Shown: one piece after another, positions 18,567 through 29,489 of the stretch
Layout of the letters: the number at the start of each line of letters is the position of its first letter
Position numbering within the stretch: position 1 is the first letter of the stretch
From: Burkholderiaceae bacterium
Lineage (GTDB): Bacteria; Pseudomonadota; Gammaproteobacteria; Burkholderiales; Burkholderiaceae_E
NCBI GenBank assembly: GCA_049680625.1
Contig: JBAUID010000151.1
Location: forward strand, 4,738 to 68,737
Direction of reading: 5' to 3'
DNA length: 64,000 nucleotides
Translations under genes and position numbers: made by a program
Notes under the pieces: generated by a model
Told to the model about the DNA's origin: nothing
The model's input: the letters and a program-made list of their open reading frames with translations, nothing else
The model's database searches: none

Positions 18567-19791
18567 GCCGCTCGATTAACTGAATCAGGTGAAAGCCAAA
18601 CTGAGTTCGAACCGGCTGACTCATTTCGCCAGGCGATAGGGCATTCATTGCACGCTCAAATGCCGGTACGGTGTCACCGGGGTATACCCAACCGAGGTTC
18701 CCCCCGCGACCAGCACTACCATCAGATGAGTACTGGCGCGCCATATCTTCGAACTTGGCATTGCCCGCTTCGATTCGATCGCGAATCCCCTCAAGACGAC
18801 GCACAATCTCTGCCTCACCTACCCCGTCTTCAGGTCGAATCAAAATATGCCGAACCTGTGACTGCACCACCGGCGGGCCGCTCGGCACCCCGGCACCCTT
18901 GCGCACTTCGATAAGGTTAAGAATATGAAACCCTGCCGGACTCCGAATCAGGTCAGATAACTCACCAGCCTGCAACTTGCGAACTTCAGTGGCAAAAATC
19001 TCAGGCAGATCTTTCATGACTCGCCAGCCCAGCTGGCCACCAGGTACCGGTGATCCGTCAGCCACCACGGCCGCAAAGTCTTCGCCTGCCTTCGCTCGGG
19101 ATAGCAAGGCCGTTATCTGTGATTTTTTTTCTGCCACAACATCGTCACCGGACTGCTCCGGAACCCGGACAAATATCTGTTGAACGTTGTATTGGGGCTG
19201 CAAACCATCGCTACCGGACTGAGCCAGCAAATACGCATCAATATCGGCATCACTAACACTGATACGCGGTTGAATTATCGTTTCTCGAAGTCGCGCCCGC
19301 ACTATCTGGTTTCGAATATCAGCCCGGAAGGCATCGATACCAATGCCTTCGGAAGAAAGCCGCTCCACCATCTGGGAAGTGGTCAGTTTGTTGTCCCTGG
19401 CAATCGAATCGATCGCCTGCTCCACTTGTTGATCAGTGACCTTAATGCCGATTTCCCGTGCATGTTGGTTTTCAGCGCGCTCGAGAATAAGCACTTCCAT
19501 CATTTCGCGCCGCAAGCTGGCATCATTGCCAACCGGCTGGTTTCGCGCTTTGAGCTGGTTCACCGCCATATCAAGCCGCCCGTTAAGCTCACCCTCTGTA
19601 ATGACTTCGTCGTTCACAACGGCTATTACCCGGTCGACAGGTCGAACACCGTCAGCATAAGACGGTGTTATCAGTACATCCCAGCCGGCCGGAACTGCCA
19701 GGGACACTGCAATCATTGCAGCAATCAAAATTGCCGGCCGAAAACTCTGGGCAAGGCGGCTCAAGGAAAAAACTGGCTTATTGGTAAACAC
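18430..19791 (-). CDS. surA: Periplasmic chaperone / peptidyl-prolyl isomerase SurA
   Basis: Signal peptide, SurA N-domain (DRVIAVVNDEVITEGEL), two parvulin domains (...GGQLGW..., ...GGNLGWVYPGD...). Confidence 0.9.
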   Translation of the reverse strand: MFTNKPVFSLSRLAQSFRPAILIAAMIAVSLAVPAGWDVLITPSYADGVRPVDRVIAVVNDEVITEGELNGRLDMAVNQLKARNQPVGNDASLRREMMEVLILERAENQHAREIGIKVTDQQVEQAIDSIARDNKLTTSQMVERLSSEGIGIDAFRADIRNQIVRARLRETIIQPRISVSDADIDAYLLAQSGSDGLQPQYNVQQIFVRVPEQSGDDVVAEKKSQITALLSRAKAGEDFAAVVADGSPVPGGQLGWRVMKDLPEIFATEVRKLQAGELSDLIRSPAGFHILNLIEVRKGAGVPSGPPVVQSQVRHILIRPEDGVGEAEIVRRLEGIRDRIEAGNAKFEDMARQYSSDGSAGRGGNLGWVYPGDTVPAFERAMNALSPGEMSQPVRTQFGFHLIQLIERREDGASEERQRLMARQEIAKKRIADAFQEWRAELRDRTYVELRPE

Positions 19792-22174
19792 TGAATCGAT
19801 CCAAAGGTTGCGACTGGGTGCTTAACTCCTGAAATCCAGGAATATTTCTGCGCAATATAGTAAATGGATCGGTTCCGATACGGGCCAATCCATTAAGCTC
19901 AAGTTGTATGAAAAAAGCAGTTGTGTTGGTATCCGCTGCGGTCGCAAAACGCTGAACAACAAACCGGGTCGCCCAGCAACAAGTGCCATATTGGACGCCA
20001 AGCACACTCTCAATAACACCTGGGCGGGTTGGCTCCAACTGACCTGCATCGTTGATCTGGCGATCCAACCAGGAGTAGTTTAGCCGTCCCAGCGCAGTCC
20101 ATCGTCGGCCCAATGGCCACTGAAACGAGGTGTCAACCTGACCCAGGGAATCGCGCCGGAACCGAACGCCCAAGTTCAACACCTTACCGGGTTCGGGCCA
20201 GTAGCGCCACGCAAGGTTGAATCGCGGTATTTTTGAGTCACCCAGACTCAGCTGAACCCCGCTGTCAAAACTGATACCGCGGCCCAGGTTTCCTGCCGCT
20301 GCCAGCAAAATATCGGAACGCCGGTCAGTCTGGGTTTCAAGGCCCGGAATTGTCACCAGGCGACGATTAAAATAGAGCCGCTGCGCCACCGCGAAACGCA
20401 ATTGCTCGGAACCGTCTTTTGGCGAGATTACCCGTGACAACAACGCTGCGGTTACCTGATTGATATCGGCGATACGGTCGTCGCCAACAAAAGTATTGGG
20501 CGAGAACAATTGCCCAAAGCCAAACTCAGAAACCCCGGTGTCAAAAATCGGAATATTGCTTTGATCCCGATATGGCGTCAGCGAATAGTACAAACGCGGC
20601 TCCAGTGTCTGGGTTACCTGGCGCCCCAGGAAACGGGTCGGGCGTTCAAACACCAGGCCGGCATCCAGGGCAAACGTTGGCACCACGCGATGAATACTCT
20701 TTTGCTGTGCAAATTCGTTGAGGCGATAAGTACTCGCATGCAAGCTGACCTGGGGCACCACAAACCAGCCGGGGCGCACAATCGGATAACTCACTTTCGG
20801 ATTCGCCACCAGTCGAAACCCTTCGGTGCTGCCAGCCAGGCGGCGGGTAAAGTAAATGGAATCAAACGCCATCGACAGATCGAAGCCTTCGTAGTTGCGC
20901 ACCTGTCGCGTTACGCGCAACTGTGGTGCCCGCTGATAAGGCGGCGCATCGCGGGCATCAAGAATGCTTCGATACTGGGTAGCGCGAAACAAGATATTCC
21001 AGTTATTCAGTTCACGTGAAAGCCAGAACTCGCGAGGCAGGTTGCGTTCGGATGTCGCAACGATTGATCGGCCATAATCGACAAAATAATTGTCGTCTGA
21101 AATACCATTGAAATTCAAACCACCGCGCCACTTACCGAGGCGGCGGATATTGTGTTGCCATGACCACTGGAATCGATCAGTGCCGCTGAGACGGTCGTTT
21201 GGGTTGTATTCGGTTCGAATACCGCCGTCGTAGTCGGGCTCGAGGTACCGAAAGTCAGCGCCCACTTGGAGGCCCCGGCGGGACATAAACCTTGGTGACC
21301 AGGTCAGATCGCGATTGGGCGCGATATTCCAATAGTAGGGTACGACAACTTCAGCACCAGTACGTGAAGTCAGCGCGAGGCTCGGTGTGAGAAAACCGGA
21401 TTGCCGGTCATTAGACAACGGAAACCAGAACTTAGGTAAAGTAAACAGCTTCAACCCCTTGAAGTGCAAACTGGTTCGGGTGGCCTCCCCGACCCGGTTC
21501 TCACGGTTCAAAGTCAGTGATTCCGCCTTAAGGAACCAGTCGGGCTCGGCACAATCACATGCGCTGTAGGTGGCATCTTTCAGGGTGACTTTGTCGGGCC
21601 CATCGAAGTTCACACTAGCTGCTTTGCCATGACCACCGTTGGTTAGCAATTCATAGTTCGGACTGAGAAAAACACCGGTGCTGGAACCCAGGTTTAACTT
21701 AAGCGACGGCCCGGAAAAAATTGTCCCTGCCCGACTGATTTGTACATCGCCTTGCGCTTCGAGTTCTTCAGTTGCCTGATCGTAGGAAATGGAATCGGCG
21801 AGCACCCGGGTACCCGCGCGTCGCACTTGCGCATCCCCTTTGATAACAGTTTTGCCGTCGGGGCTGCCGGCAATTGAGTCGCCACTGGCGAAAACCGGTC
21901 GATTCGACTCATCACCGTCAGCGCCGGCACCAAACTGCGTCTCCAGGTTTAGCCGTAACGGGCGATCTGGCCCCGGGGGGTTGGGTGCCGCCGAACTGTT
22001 AACCCGAACACCAGTCTGTGTGACCGATTGAGCATGAGTTTCGGTCGGCCCTGCGCAAAAGATCAGGCTGGCGAACAAGCACCAGCCCAGGCTCCGGCAC
22101 CGCTCCAGCGTGCCGGTTTGATACCAGGGCTCATCGGTGAGCATCGGTTGAGCTGATGACGGGAAAGTTTTCAA
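19778..22174 (-). CDS. lptD: LPS-assembly outer-membrane protein LptD
   Basis: 798 aa. OstA-like N-domain (VIKGDAQVRRAGTRVLADSISYDQ), a large C-terminal barrel, upstream of surA as in most proteobacteria. Confidence 0.9.
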   Translation of the reverse strand: MKTFPSSAQPMLTDEPWYQTGTLERCRSLGWCLFASLIFCAGPTETHAQSVTQTGVRVNSSAAPNPPGPDRPLRLNLETQFGAGADGDESNRPVFASGDSIAGSPDGKTVIKGDAQVRRAGTRVLADSISYDQATEELEAQGDVQISRAGTIFSGPSLKLNLGSSTGVFLSPNYELLTNGGHGKAASVNFDGPDKVTLKDATYSACDCAEPDWFLKAESLTLNRENRVGEATRTSLHFKGLKLFTLPKFWFPLSNDRQSGFLTPSLALTSRTGAEVVVPYYWNIAPNRDLTWSPRFMSRRGLQVGADFRYLEPDYDGGIRTEYNPNDRLSGTDRFQWSWQHNIRRLGKWRGGLNFNGISDDNYFVDYGRSIVATSERNLPREFWLSRELNNWNILFRATQYRSILDARDAPPYQRAPQLRVTRQVRNYEGFDLSMAFDSIYFTRRLAGSTEGFRLVANPKVSYPIVRPGWFVVPQVSLHASTYRLNEFAQQKSIHRVVPTFALDAGLVFERPTRFLGRQVTQTLEPRLYYSLTPYRDQSNIPIFDTGVSEFGFGQLFSPNTFVGDDRIADINQVTAALLSRVISPKDGSEQLRFAVAQRLYFNRRLVTIPGLETQTDRRSDILLAAAGNLGRGISFDSGVQLSLGDSKIPRFNLAWRYWPEPGKVLNLGVRFRRDSLGQVDTSFQWPLGRRWTALGRLNYSWLDRQINDAGQLEPTRPGVIESVLGVQYGTCCWATRFVVQRFATAADTNTTAFFIQLELNGLARIGTDPFTILRRNIPGFQELSTQSQPLDRFSVYQ

Positions 22175-22440
22175 CGGCCTGATGGCGCTCTTAGTGGCAT
22201 CCGTGAAGGCATCCCTGTGGCATTGGTGACAGCATTCTTAGCGGTATTTGTTCTGGCTTGATAAAGACTTGGAAACGACTTAGAAATGACTCAAAAAAAC
22301 TTTTCCTGCTGCCACGTGCTGGCGATTCAGACGGCAGAGCAGGCTGGACCGGAATCAATTACCTGCACATCAACAAAGCTTACCCCTGTCGGAAGGCGTC
22401 AATCGGGCAGTTGGCGCTTATTATAAGAACAGGAGCCGAA

Positions 22441-23490
22441 ATGACCGAATCAGACAATTCCTCGCCGTCCCAACAAGCAAGAGTAGCCCAAATGCTTTCC
22501 TGGCTGGACGGTCTGGATCTACCCTTTCAGTGTCAGCCACAAAGCCTGCGTGCGGCCTCCAGTGACGCCAGCTTCCGGCGATATTTTCGAATCGCGACAA
22601 GCCGAGCTGACACCGTTATCCTGATGGACGCACCGCCGCCGCAGGAAAACTGTCAGCCCTTTGTCCATGCTGCACGAATCCTGGCTGACGCTGGTTTGAG
22701 AGTCCCGACCGTTTACGCAAGCGATCTGGACAACGGTTTCTTGCTATTGTCCGATCTGGGCTGCCAGACCTTACTGGACGAACTGAACCGAAACCCAGCC
22801 CACGCTGACCAGCGCTACCGGCAAGCAAGCGCCGAACTAGTGAAGTTACAAAAAGCAACCCGAACAGGCGTTTTCCCATCCTACAACCGCGAGCGCCTGA
22901 CCCAGGAGCTCAGGTTGTTTGATGAGTGGTATGTCACCCGGCACAAAGGATTCAAGCTCAACACTAACGACAAACACATCGTCAACAAGGCCTACGCCAC
23001 CATTGTTGACGCAAATCTTGCCCAAGCCCAGGTTTATGTCCATCGTGATTTTCATTCGCGTAACCTGATGACCAGTGAACCTGATAAAATCCCCGGCGTC
23101 CTCGACTTTCAAGACGCGGTGACTGGCCCTATCAGCTACGACCTGGTTTCACTGCTTCGGGATGCATATATCAGCTGGCCGGAAGAGCAGGTTCTTGACT
23201 GGACGATTCGTTACTGGGAGGCGGCTCGTGAGACGCAACTGCCGGTTCCGGAAGACTTCGGCGAATTCTGGCGCGACTTCGAGTTTATGGGTCTACAACG
23301 CCATCTCAAAGTGCTTGGCATTTTCTGCCGCCTGAATTACCGGGACGGCAAAAGCAATTACCTCGCCGATTTACCCCTGGTACTTAGCTATACCCAGGCA
23401 GCCCTGGCACGATACGAAAGCCTGCAGGCTTTTGCGAGCTTGTTGCAACGCATAGAAGGCGTTGATCAACACGCGGGCTACACTTTTTAG
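22441..23490 (+). CDS. Aminoglycoside-phosphotransferase-fold kinase, AmgK-like (N-acetylmuramate/N-acetylglucosamine kinase)
   Basis: ATG at 22441 preceded by AGGAG. ASSDASFRRYFRI, catalytic loop VHRDFHSRNLM, LDFQDA. It pairs with a MurU-like nucleotidyltransferase and is divergent from lptD, as described for the Pseudomonas amgK-murU locus. Confidence 0.7.
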   Translation: MTESDNSSPSQQARVAQMLSWLDGLDLPFQCQPQSLRAASSDASFRRYFRIATSRADTVILMDAPPPQENCQPFVHAARILADAGLRVPTVYASDLDNGFLLLSDLGCQTLLDELNRNPAHADQRYRQASAELVKLQKATRTGVFPSYNRERLTQELRLFDEWYVTRHKGFKLNTNDKHIVNKAYATIVDANLAQAQVYVHRDFHSRNLMTSEPDKIPGVLDFQDAVTGPISYDLVSLLRDAYISWPEEQVLDWTIRYWEAARETQLPVPEDFGEFWRDFEFMGLQRHLKVLGIFCRLNYRDGKSNYLADLPLVLSYTQAALARYESLQAFASLLQRIEGVDQHAGYTF

Positions 23491-23498
23491 ATCGCTTG

Positions 23499-24194
23499 AT
23501 GAAAGTCATGATTCTTGCCGCAGGCCGGGGCGCACGTATGCGCGAGCTGACCGCTCAAAAGCCGAAACCATTGCTGGAAATCGGTGGCCAACCAATGATT
23601 GTCCGCTTACTGAAGCAATTGCGAAACAGCGGCTTCACTGACTTTGTGATTAACCATGCGTGGCAAGGGCAAAAACTCGTGACAGCCCTCGGCGACGGCA
23701 GCCAATGGGGCGTCAGCATCCGGTGGTCGGCCGAACGAGTGGCGCTGGAAACCGCAGGCGGTATTGCTCACGCGCTTCCCTTGCTGGGAGACAATTTCTT
23801 TGCCGTGGTGAACGGCGATATCTTCACGGATTTCAACTTTGCCGGGTTGAACGCATTAGAACAGCAAATTAGCCGTCAGCAAGCGGTCGGCGGTTGTATT
23901 CTGGTACCGAATCCGGTACACCATCCGGCGGGTGACTTCACCCTGACCAACAACGGATTTCTGCACCCGGAAGGCAACAACCAGCTAACCTATTCAGGAA
24001 TCGGTGTTTTCAAGCCGAGCATGTTTGCAGGTATAGCGCCGGGCACAGCAGCACCACTTGGCCCGCTGATTCGTCAGTTCGCCGCTAATCAGAAAATTCT
24101 CGCCAGGCTTCACGATGGTTTATGGTCCGATGTTGGCACACCGGAAAGGCTCAACGAAGTGAATCAACTACTGAAAAACGGAACGTCAGGATGA
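23499..24194 (+). CDS. Sugar-1-phosphate nucleotidyltransferase, MurU-like (N-acetylmuramate alpha-1-phosphate uridylyltransferase)
   Basis: MKVMILAAGRGARMRELTAQKPKPLLEIGG nucleotidyltransferase signature, immediately downstream of the AmgK-like kinase. Confidence 0.7.
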   Translation: MKVMILAAGRGARMRELTAQKPKPLLEIGGQPMIVRLLKQLRNSGFTDFVINHAWQGQKLVTALGDGSQWGVSIRWSAERVALETAGGIAHALPLLGDNFFAVVNGDIFTDFNFAGLNALEQQISRQQAVGGCILVPNPVHHPAGDFTLTNNGFLHPEGNNQLTYSGIGVFKPSMFAGIAPGTAAPLGPLIRQFAANQKILARLHDGLWSDVGTPERLNEVNQLLKNGTSG

Positions 24195-25549
24195 CAACAA
24201 AAAGTGAGGTGTTTGCCACACGACGCACGCAGGTGATTAAAAAAATGCAGGCGGCCGGTGGTGGGGTTGCCGTATTGTTCAGCGGTCGCGAAATCATGAG
24301 AAACCGTGACGCGGATTATCCGTTCCGCTGGGACAGTTACTTTTACTATCTGACCGGCTTCACCGAACCGGAAGCTGCCCTTGTCATTGAATCGGGCCAG
24401 CCCGGTACGGACGGAAAATCAACGTTGTATTGCCGTGAGAAAAACCCAGAGCGAGAAACCTGGGACGGATTTCGCTGGGGCCCTGAGGCCGCTTGCCTCG
24501 AATTTGGCATGAATGAGGCGCAGCCAATTGGCAATCTGGATGAATCAATGCCGACGGCGATGGCGAACCAGACCGCCATTTACTATCCGCTCGGTTCAGA
24601 CCCGGCAACCGATCAGAGAGTGCGCGGTTGGCTTGAAGCCGTACGTGGACAAGCTCGTTCGGGAATTACCGTGCCGGGACAGGCCACCGATCTGCATGCC
24701 ATTCTCGATGAAATGCGTCTGATCAAAGACTCTGCCGAACTGTCCATCATGCGAAAAGCGGCACAAATATCAGCCGGCGCACATTGTCGTGCAATGCAAA
24801 CCTGCCAACCCGGGCAGTTTGAATACCAGGTGGAAGCGGAACTCCTGCATGAGTTTCGTCGTCACGGTTCACAATTCCCTGCTTACGGATCTATTGTCGC
24901 ATCGGGTGCCAACGCCTGTGTATTGCACTACCGCGCAAACAATCAAAAAATGCGAAGCGGTGATTTACTGCTTATTGACGCTGGCTGCGAGCTGGACAGC
25001 TACGCCTCTGACATTACGCGCACGTTTCCGGTTAATGGAACATTCACTTCTGCTCAACAGGAGTTATACGAAATAGTTCTGGCAGCGCAGTCGGCAGCAG
25101 TTGACAAAACCCGACCAGGCAACACTTTTAACGACCCACACCTGGCAGCCTTGCGAGTACTTGCCCAGGGCATGCTAGACACCGGGCTGCTGGCCGGAGG
25201 ATTAGATGAAATTATAGAATCCGGCGCTTACCGCCGCTTCTACATGCACAGAACGAGCCATTGGTTAGGCATGGACGTGCATGATTGTGGTGATTATCGG
25301 GATCGATCATCACCGCGGCAATCGGCAGGCACAGAAAACACTGAGCCCGATTGGCGCCCGCTAGTCGCCGGCATGGTGATAACCATCGAACCGGGAATCT
25401 ACGTAAATGCGGCCAGTGACGTGCCAGAACGTTATCACGATATTGGTATTCGCGTCGAAGACGATGCCGTCCTGACCACATCGGGATGCGAGATAATAAC
25501 CGACGGCGTTCCAAAAACTACGCAGGATATCCAATCCCTGATGGCCTAA
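24191..25549 (+). CDS. pepP: Xaa-Pro aminopeptidase (M24B)
   Basis: The ATG at 24191 overlaps the upstream stop (ATGA). Metal-ligand blocks LIDAGCELDSYASDITRTFPVNG, HWLGMDVHD, VITIEPGIY, IGIRVEDD. Confidence 0.85.
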   Translation: MTTKSEVFATRRTQVIKKMQAAGGGVAVLFSGREIMRNRDADYPFRWDSYFYYLTGFTEPEAALVIESGQPGTDGKSTLYCREKNPERETWDGFRWGPEAACLEFGMNEAQPIGNLDESMPTAMANQTAIYYPLGSDPATDQRVRGWLEAVRGQARSGITVPGQATDLHAILDEMRLIKDSAELSIMRKAAQISAGAHCRAMQTCQPGQFEYQVEAELLHEFRRHGSQFPAYGSIVASGANACVLHYRANNQKMRSGDLLLIDAGCELDSYASDITRTFPVNGTFTSAQQELYEIVLAAQSAAVDKTRPGNTFNDPHLAALRVLAQGMLDTGLLAGGLDEIIESGAYRRFYMHRTSHWLGMDVHDCGDYRDRSSPRQSAGTENTEPDWRPLVAGMVITIEPGIYVNAASDVPERYHDIGIRVEDDAVLTTSGCEIITDGVPKTTQDIQSLMA

Positions 25550-25986
25550 TACGTGCAACAAAACCCGCAGGAGAATGTCAAGCCATAATGCAGGTCAAGC
25601 GTTCCGAAGCGGCACAAGCACAGCAGATATACGTGCAGAAAAAAATTTGCGAAAAATGTAAGTGCAAAACTTAGTCTCGACCGCTGACAAGCTGGCGCTC
25701 GTGGGTAACACTCCTGCGCCAATGGGCTAACTCTGTGTCAAGGAGCTGAATTGCAACGACGCTGAACCGCAAAACTGCTAGCCGATTTTGAACGCGAACT
25801 CAATCGAAACATACTTCAGCATGAGCAGTCAGAACCTGGAAGTTCCACTTTATCGATTGATAGAAAATGAAGAGTGAAATTTGGGCTTTCATTGCAGCCA
25901 CGAATGCGATTAGAATCGACCTCCGCCCTTAAATGCAGCTAGATTCTCCAGCAATAGAACCTACTTGAGCGCATCAACTATAAATA

Positions 25987-26991
25987 ATGAAAATCGGGCC
26001 CTACGAATTACACAATCGCGTTATCGTTGCGCCCATGGCGGGGGTCACTGATCGACCGTTTCGCCAGTTGTGTAAGCGCCTTGGTGCCGGGTACGCCGTC
26101 TCTGAAATGGCAGCGTCAAACCCAGCCCTTTGGCAGTCGGTAAAAACTGCGCGGCGCATCAATCACGACGGCGAATCTGAACCGCGTTCGGTTCAGATTG
26201 CCGGCGGCGACGCAGACATGATGGCACAAGCCGCCGCGTTCAACGTGAGTCGGGGTGCGCAAATTATTGATATCAATATGGGCTGCCCCGCAAAAAAAGT
26301 CTGCAATATCGCGGCGGGTTCAGCCTTGATGAGCAATCCAGATCATGCTGTACGAATTATCGAAGCCGTGGTTGGCGCCGTAAATGTTCCGGTAACACTC
26401 AAGATCAGAACCGGACCAAGCCGTTCGCAAACCAACGCCTTGCAAATTGCATTGGCCGCAGAACAAGCGGGCATTCAAATGATCGCGGTTCATGGTCGGT
26501 CGCGGGCCTGCGGTTTTAAAGGGCAGGCAGAGCACAACACGGTAACCGAAATAAAAAGCCGATTGCGTATTCCGGTGGTCGCCAACGGTGACATCAATAC
26601 GCCGCAACAAGCCAAAGCGGTGCTTGACCAAACCGGTGCCGACGCGGTAATGATTGGTCGTGCCGCACAGGGACGACCGTGGATTTTCCGCGAGATCAGT
26701 TACTTTCTTGAAACTGGCAAAGTATTACCACCCCCTGATGCTGACGAAGTACGTAATGTGCTTCATGCACATCTGCTTGATCACTACGCGTTTCACGGTG
26801 AATTCACCGGCGTACGGACAGCGAGAAAACACGTGGGATGGTATGTGGCCAGTCTGGATAATGCAAAAGAATTTCTGGCGAGTTTCTACACAATTGAAAC
26901 CGCAGCCGAACAACTCGCATCACTCGATGCACTACTAAAAAGAGTCGCAGCGAACGACTCAAACACAAACAACGGGAGAATTGCCGCATGA
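25987..26991 (+). CDS. dusB: tRNA-dihydrouridine synthase B
   Basis: VIVAPMAGVTDRPFRQLC, IDINMGCPAKKV, followed by fis with overlapping stop and start. Confidence 0.9.
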   Translation: MKIGPYELHNRVIVAPMAGVTDRPFRQLCKRLGAGYAVSEMAASNPALWQSVKTARRINHDGESEPRSVQIAGGDADMMAQAAAFNVSRGAQIIDINMGCPAKKVCNIAAGSALMSNPDHAVRIIEAVVGAVNVPVTLKIRTGPSRSQTNALQIALAAEQAGIQMIAVHGRSRACGFKGQAEHNTVTEIKSRLRIPVVANGDINTPQQAKAVLDQTGADAVMIGRAAQGRPWIFREISYFLETGKVLPPPDADEVRNVLHAHLLDHYAFHGEFTGVRTARKHVGWYVASLDNAKEFLASFYTIETAAEQLASLDALLKRVAANDSNTNNGRIAA

Positions 26992-27251
26992 ACAATAATG
27001 AATCTGAGTCATCGTCACTGGACACAGTTGTCAAAACAAACCTTGAAAGCTATCTGAGCGATCTGAATGGCTCTAATCCTCAGAGAATTTACGACATGGT
27101 GATCAGCGCGGTTGAACGCCCAATGCTGGAAGTTGTTATGCGCCACGCGGAGAACAATCAAGTTCGTGCCAGCGAGATGCTGGGGATCAACCGAAATACT
27201 TTACGCAAAAAGTTGCAATCCCACGGCATTCACCGAATGATTCGCAACTAA
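26988..27251 (+). CDS. fis: Nucleoid-associated DNA-binding protein Fis
   Basis: 87 aa, C-terminal HTH ...ASEMLGINRNTLRKKL, in the canonical dusB-fis operon. Confidence 0.85.
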   Translation: MNNNESESSSLDTVVKTNLESYLSDLNGSNPQRIYDMVISAVERPMLEVVMRHAENNQVRASEMLGINRNTLRKKLQSHGIHRMIRN

Positions 27252-27328
27252 GTTCCTGCTGGCGGCGCGATTAGCGGCCACTGAGAATCAATAGTTGTCC
27301 CTAACCTGATGTAATTCACGGAACCATT

Positions 27329-28936
27329 TTGAAAGTTCAACGCGCGCTGATTAGTGTCTCTGACAAAACCGGCATTGTCGAACTTGGCAAAGCCCTGGCA
27401 GCCAGGGGTGTTCAAATTCTGTCAACCGGGGGCACTGCAAAGCTGCTGATTGATAGCGGCATCGAAGTCACTGAAGTGGCTGAACACACCGGCTTTCCAG
27501 AAATGCTTGATGGCCGGGTAAAGACCCTTCACCCGGCCATCCACGGTGGTTTGCTGGCGCGACGCGATCTGGGCACCCACATGGACGCCATCAGTGCGCA
27601 TCAGATTGACCCGATCGACCTGCTGGTCGTCAACCTTTACCCATTTGAGCAAACCGTTGCAAAACCGGATTGCTCACTGGATGACGCAATCGAGAACATT
27701 GATATTGGTGGCCCGGCAATGGTCCGTTCTGCGGCAAAAAACTGGCGCGGCGTTGCTGTTGTTACCGACCCCGGTCAGTATGCGGCTGTCGTTGAACAGC
27801 TCACGGGCAACGGTGAAATCAACGATTCAACCCGGTTTTCGCTCGCCGTTGCCGCGTTCGGTCGAATCGCCGATTACGATGCGGCCATTGCCGAATACCT
27901 CAGCGGCTTAAATACTGGCGCCGACGGCCTGCCCGACGGTACTCACGCCAACCATCCGGAACGGATTTATGGGCGTTTTGCCAAACTGATGGACTTACGC
28001 TACGGCGAGAACCCCCATCAAAACGCTGCTTTTTATCGAGACTTGTACCCAGCTCCCGGATCTATTGTCAGCGGGAAGCAACTACAAGGCAAAGAACTCT
28101 CATACAACAACATTGCGGACGGCGATGCCGCCTGGGAATGCGTAAAAAGCTTTGCGCAACCCACTTGCGTCATTGTTAAACATGCAAACCCTTGTGGCGT
28201 TGCGACAGGCAATTCGACACTTGAGGCATACCAGAAAGCGTTCGCCACCGATCCAACGTCGGCATTTGGCGGCATCATTGCCTTTAACCGGCCAGTTGAC
28301 GGCCCAACCGCACAGGCAATTAGCCAGCAGTTTGTTGAAGTGCTGATGGCGCCGGCGTTTGACGCTGACGCGCGCGAAATTTTTTCGGGTAAAGTAAACG
28401 TGCGTTTGATGGAAATTGCGCTCGACACTATTAACCCCGAGGCTGCTGATGCCTGGCACCAGGGGCGTAATGCGAATGATGCGAAACGCGTCGGCTCAGG
28501 AATACTGATCCAGAGTTCGGATAATAAAATCATCACCGCAACCGAACTGACAACCGTAACAAGAACCAAACCCTCAGAGCAGCAGATAGCCGACTTGCTG
28601 TTTGCCTGGCGAGTAGCGAAATACGTCAAGTCCAATGCCATCGTGTTTTGCGCAAACGGTGCAACCGTTGGCGTTGGTGCCGGGCAAATGAGCCGGCTCG
28701 ACTCTGCTCGAATCGCATCAATCAAAGCTGAGGCGGCCGGCTTGAGCCTGGTCGGTAGTGTGGCTGCATCTGATGCCTTCTTTCCGTTCCGGGACGGTCT
28801 GGACGTTCTCGCCAAAGCCGGGGCATCAGCAATAATTCAGCCGGGTGGCTCAATGCGCGATGACGAAGTCATCAAAGCAGCCGACGAACACGGAATTGCC
28901 ATGGTTCTGACCGGGGTTCGGCATTTCCGGCACTGA
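27329..28936 (+). CDS. purH: Bifunctional AICAR transformylase / IMP cyclohydrolase
   Basis: TTG start. [34 protein letters not shown]-terminal ...[10 protein letters not shown]. Confidence 0.95.
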   Translation: MKVQRALISVSDKTGIVELGKALAARGVQILSTGGTAKLLIDSGIEVTEVAEHTGFPEMLDGRVKTLHPAIHGGLLARRDLGTHMDAISAHQIDPIDLLVVNLYPFEQTVAKPDCSLDDAIENIDIGGPAMVRSAAKNWRGVAVVTDPGQYAAVVEQLTGNGEINDSTRFSLAVAAFGRIADYDAAIAEYLSGLNTGADGLPDGTHANHPERIYGRFAKLMDLRYGENPHQNAAFYRDLYPAPGSIVSGKQLQGKELSYNNIADGDAAWECVKSFAQPTCVIVKHANPCGVATGNSTLEAYQKAFATDPTSAFGGIIAFNRPVDGPTAQAISQQFVEVLMAPAFDADAREIFSGKVNVRLMEIALDTINPEAADAWHQGRNANDAKRVGSGILIQSSDNKIITATELTTVTRTKPSEQQIADLLFAWRVAKYVKSNAIVFCANGATVGVGAGQMSRLDSARIASIKAEAAGLSLVGSVAASDAFFPFRDGLDVLAKAGASAIIQPGGSMRDDEVIKAADEHGIAMVLTGVRHFRH

Positions 28937-28964
28937 CATATCGGGCGTCAGGCGCCAGGTTATA

Positions 28965-29480
28965 TTGGGTATAGACCCTGGGCTGCGCCGCACCGGATTT
29001 GGCCTGATCGCCTGCACAGGCCAGCGCCTCGAATACATCGCCAGTGGGGTTATTGTTACCGGAAACGAAGCCTTGCCCACCCGACTTGGCACTATTTCAG
29101 CTGGCATCACCGAAGTTCTGCAAACCTATCAGCCCGACGTCGCTGCAATCGAAAAAGTCTTTGTCAACATCAATCCGCAATCCACCCTGCTGCTGGGTCA
29201 GGCTCGAGGCGCGGCAATATCTGCCCTGGTTATTGGTGGGGCCAGTGTCCACGAATACACCGCACTGCAGCTGAAAAAGGCGGTTACCGGTCATGGCCAT
29301 GCCGACAAAAAGCAGATTCAGGCCATGATCACGCGACTGTTGAACCTGCCCGGGAAACCCTCCACTGATGCAGCCGATGCCCTGGCGTGCGCGATTTGCC
29401 ATGTGAATTCGGCCGGTCTGACGGCCCGCCTGCAGGATGACGGAAGACCGCTGCGGGTCCGGGGCGGTCGACTGGTGTAA
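28965..29480 (+). CDS. ruvC: Crossover junction endodeoxyribonuclease RuvC
   Basis: [14 protein letters not shown] at the N-terminus (TTG at 28965 is the first canonical start), AIEKVFVN, and [10 protein letters not shown]. Confidence 0.9.
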   Translation: MGIDPGLRRTGFGLIACTGQRLEYIASGVIVTGNEALPTRLGTISAGITEVLQTYQPDVAAIEKVFVNINPQSTLLLGQARGAAISALVIGGASVHEYTALQLKKAVTGHGHADKKQIQAMITRLLNLPGKPSTDAADALACAICHVNSAGLTARLQDDGRPLRVRGGRLV

Positions 29481-29489
29481 ATTGACACC

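Noticed and set aside
28033-28815. 260-aa ORF antisense to purH
   Set aside because: It lies fully inside the confidently identified purH frame. Its translation has no recognisable motifs and an antisense-type composition.
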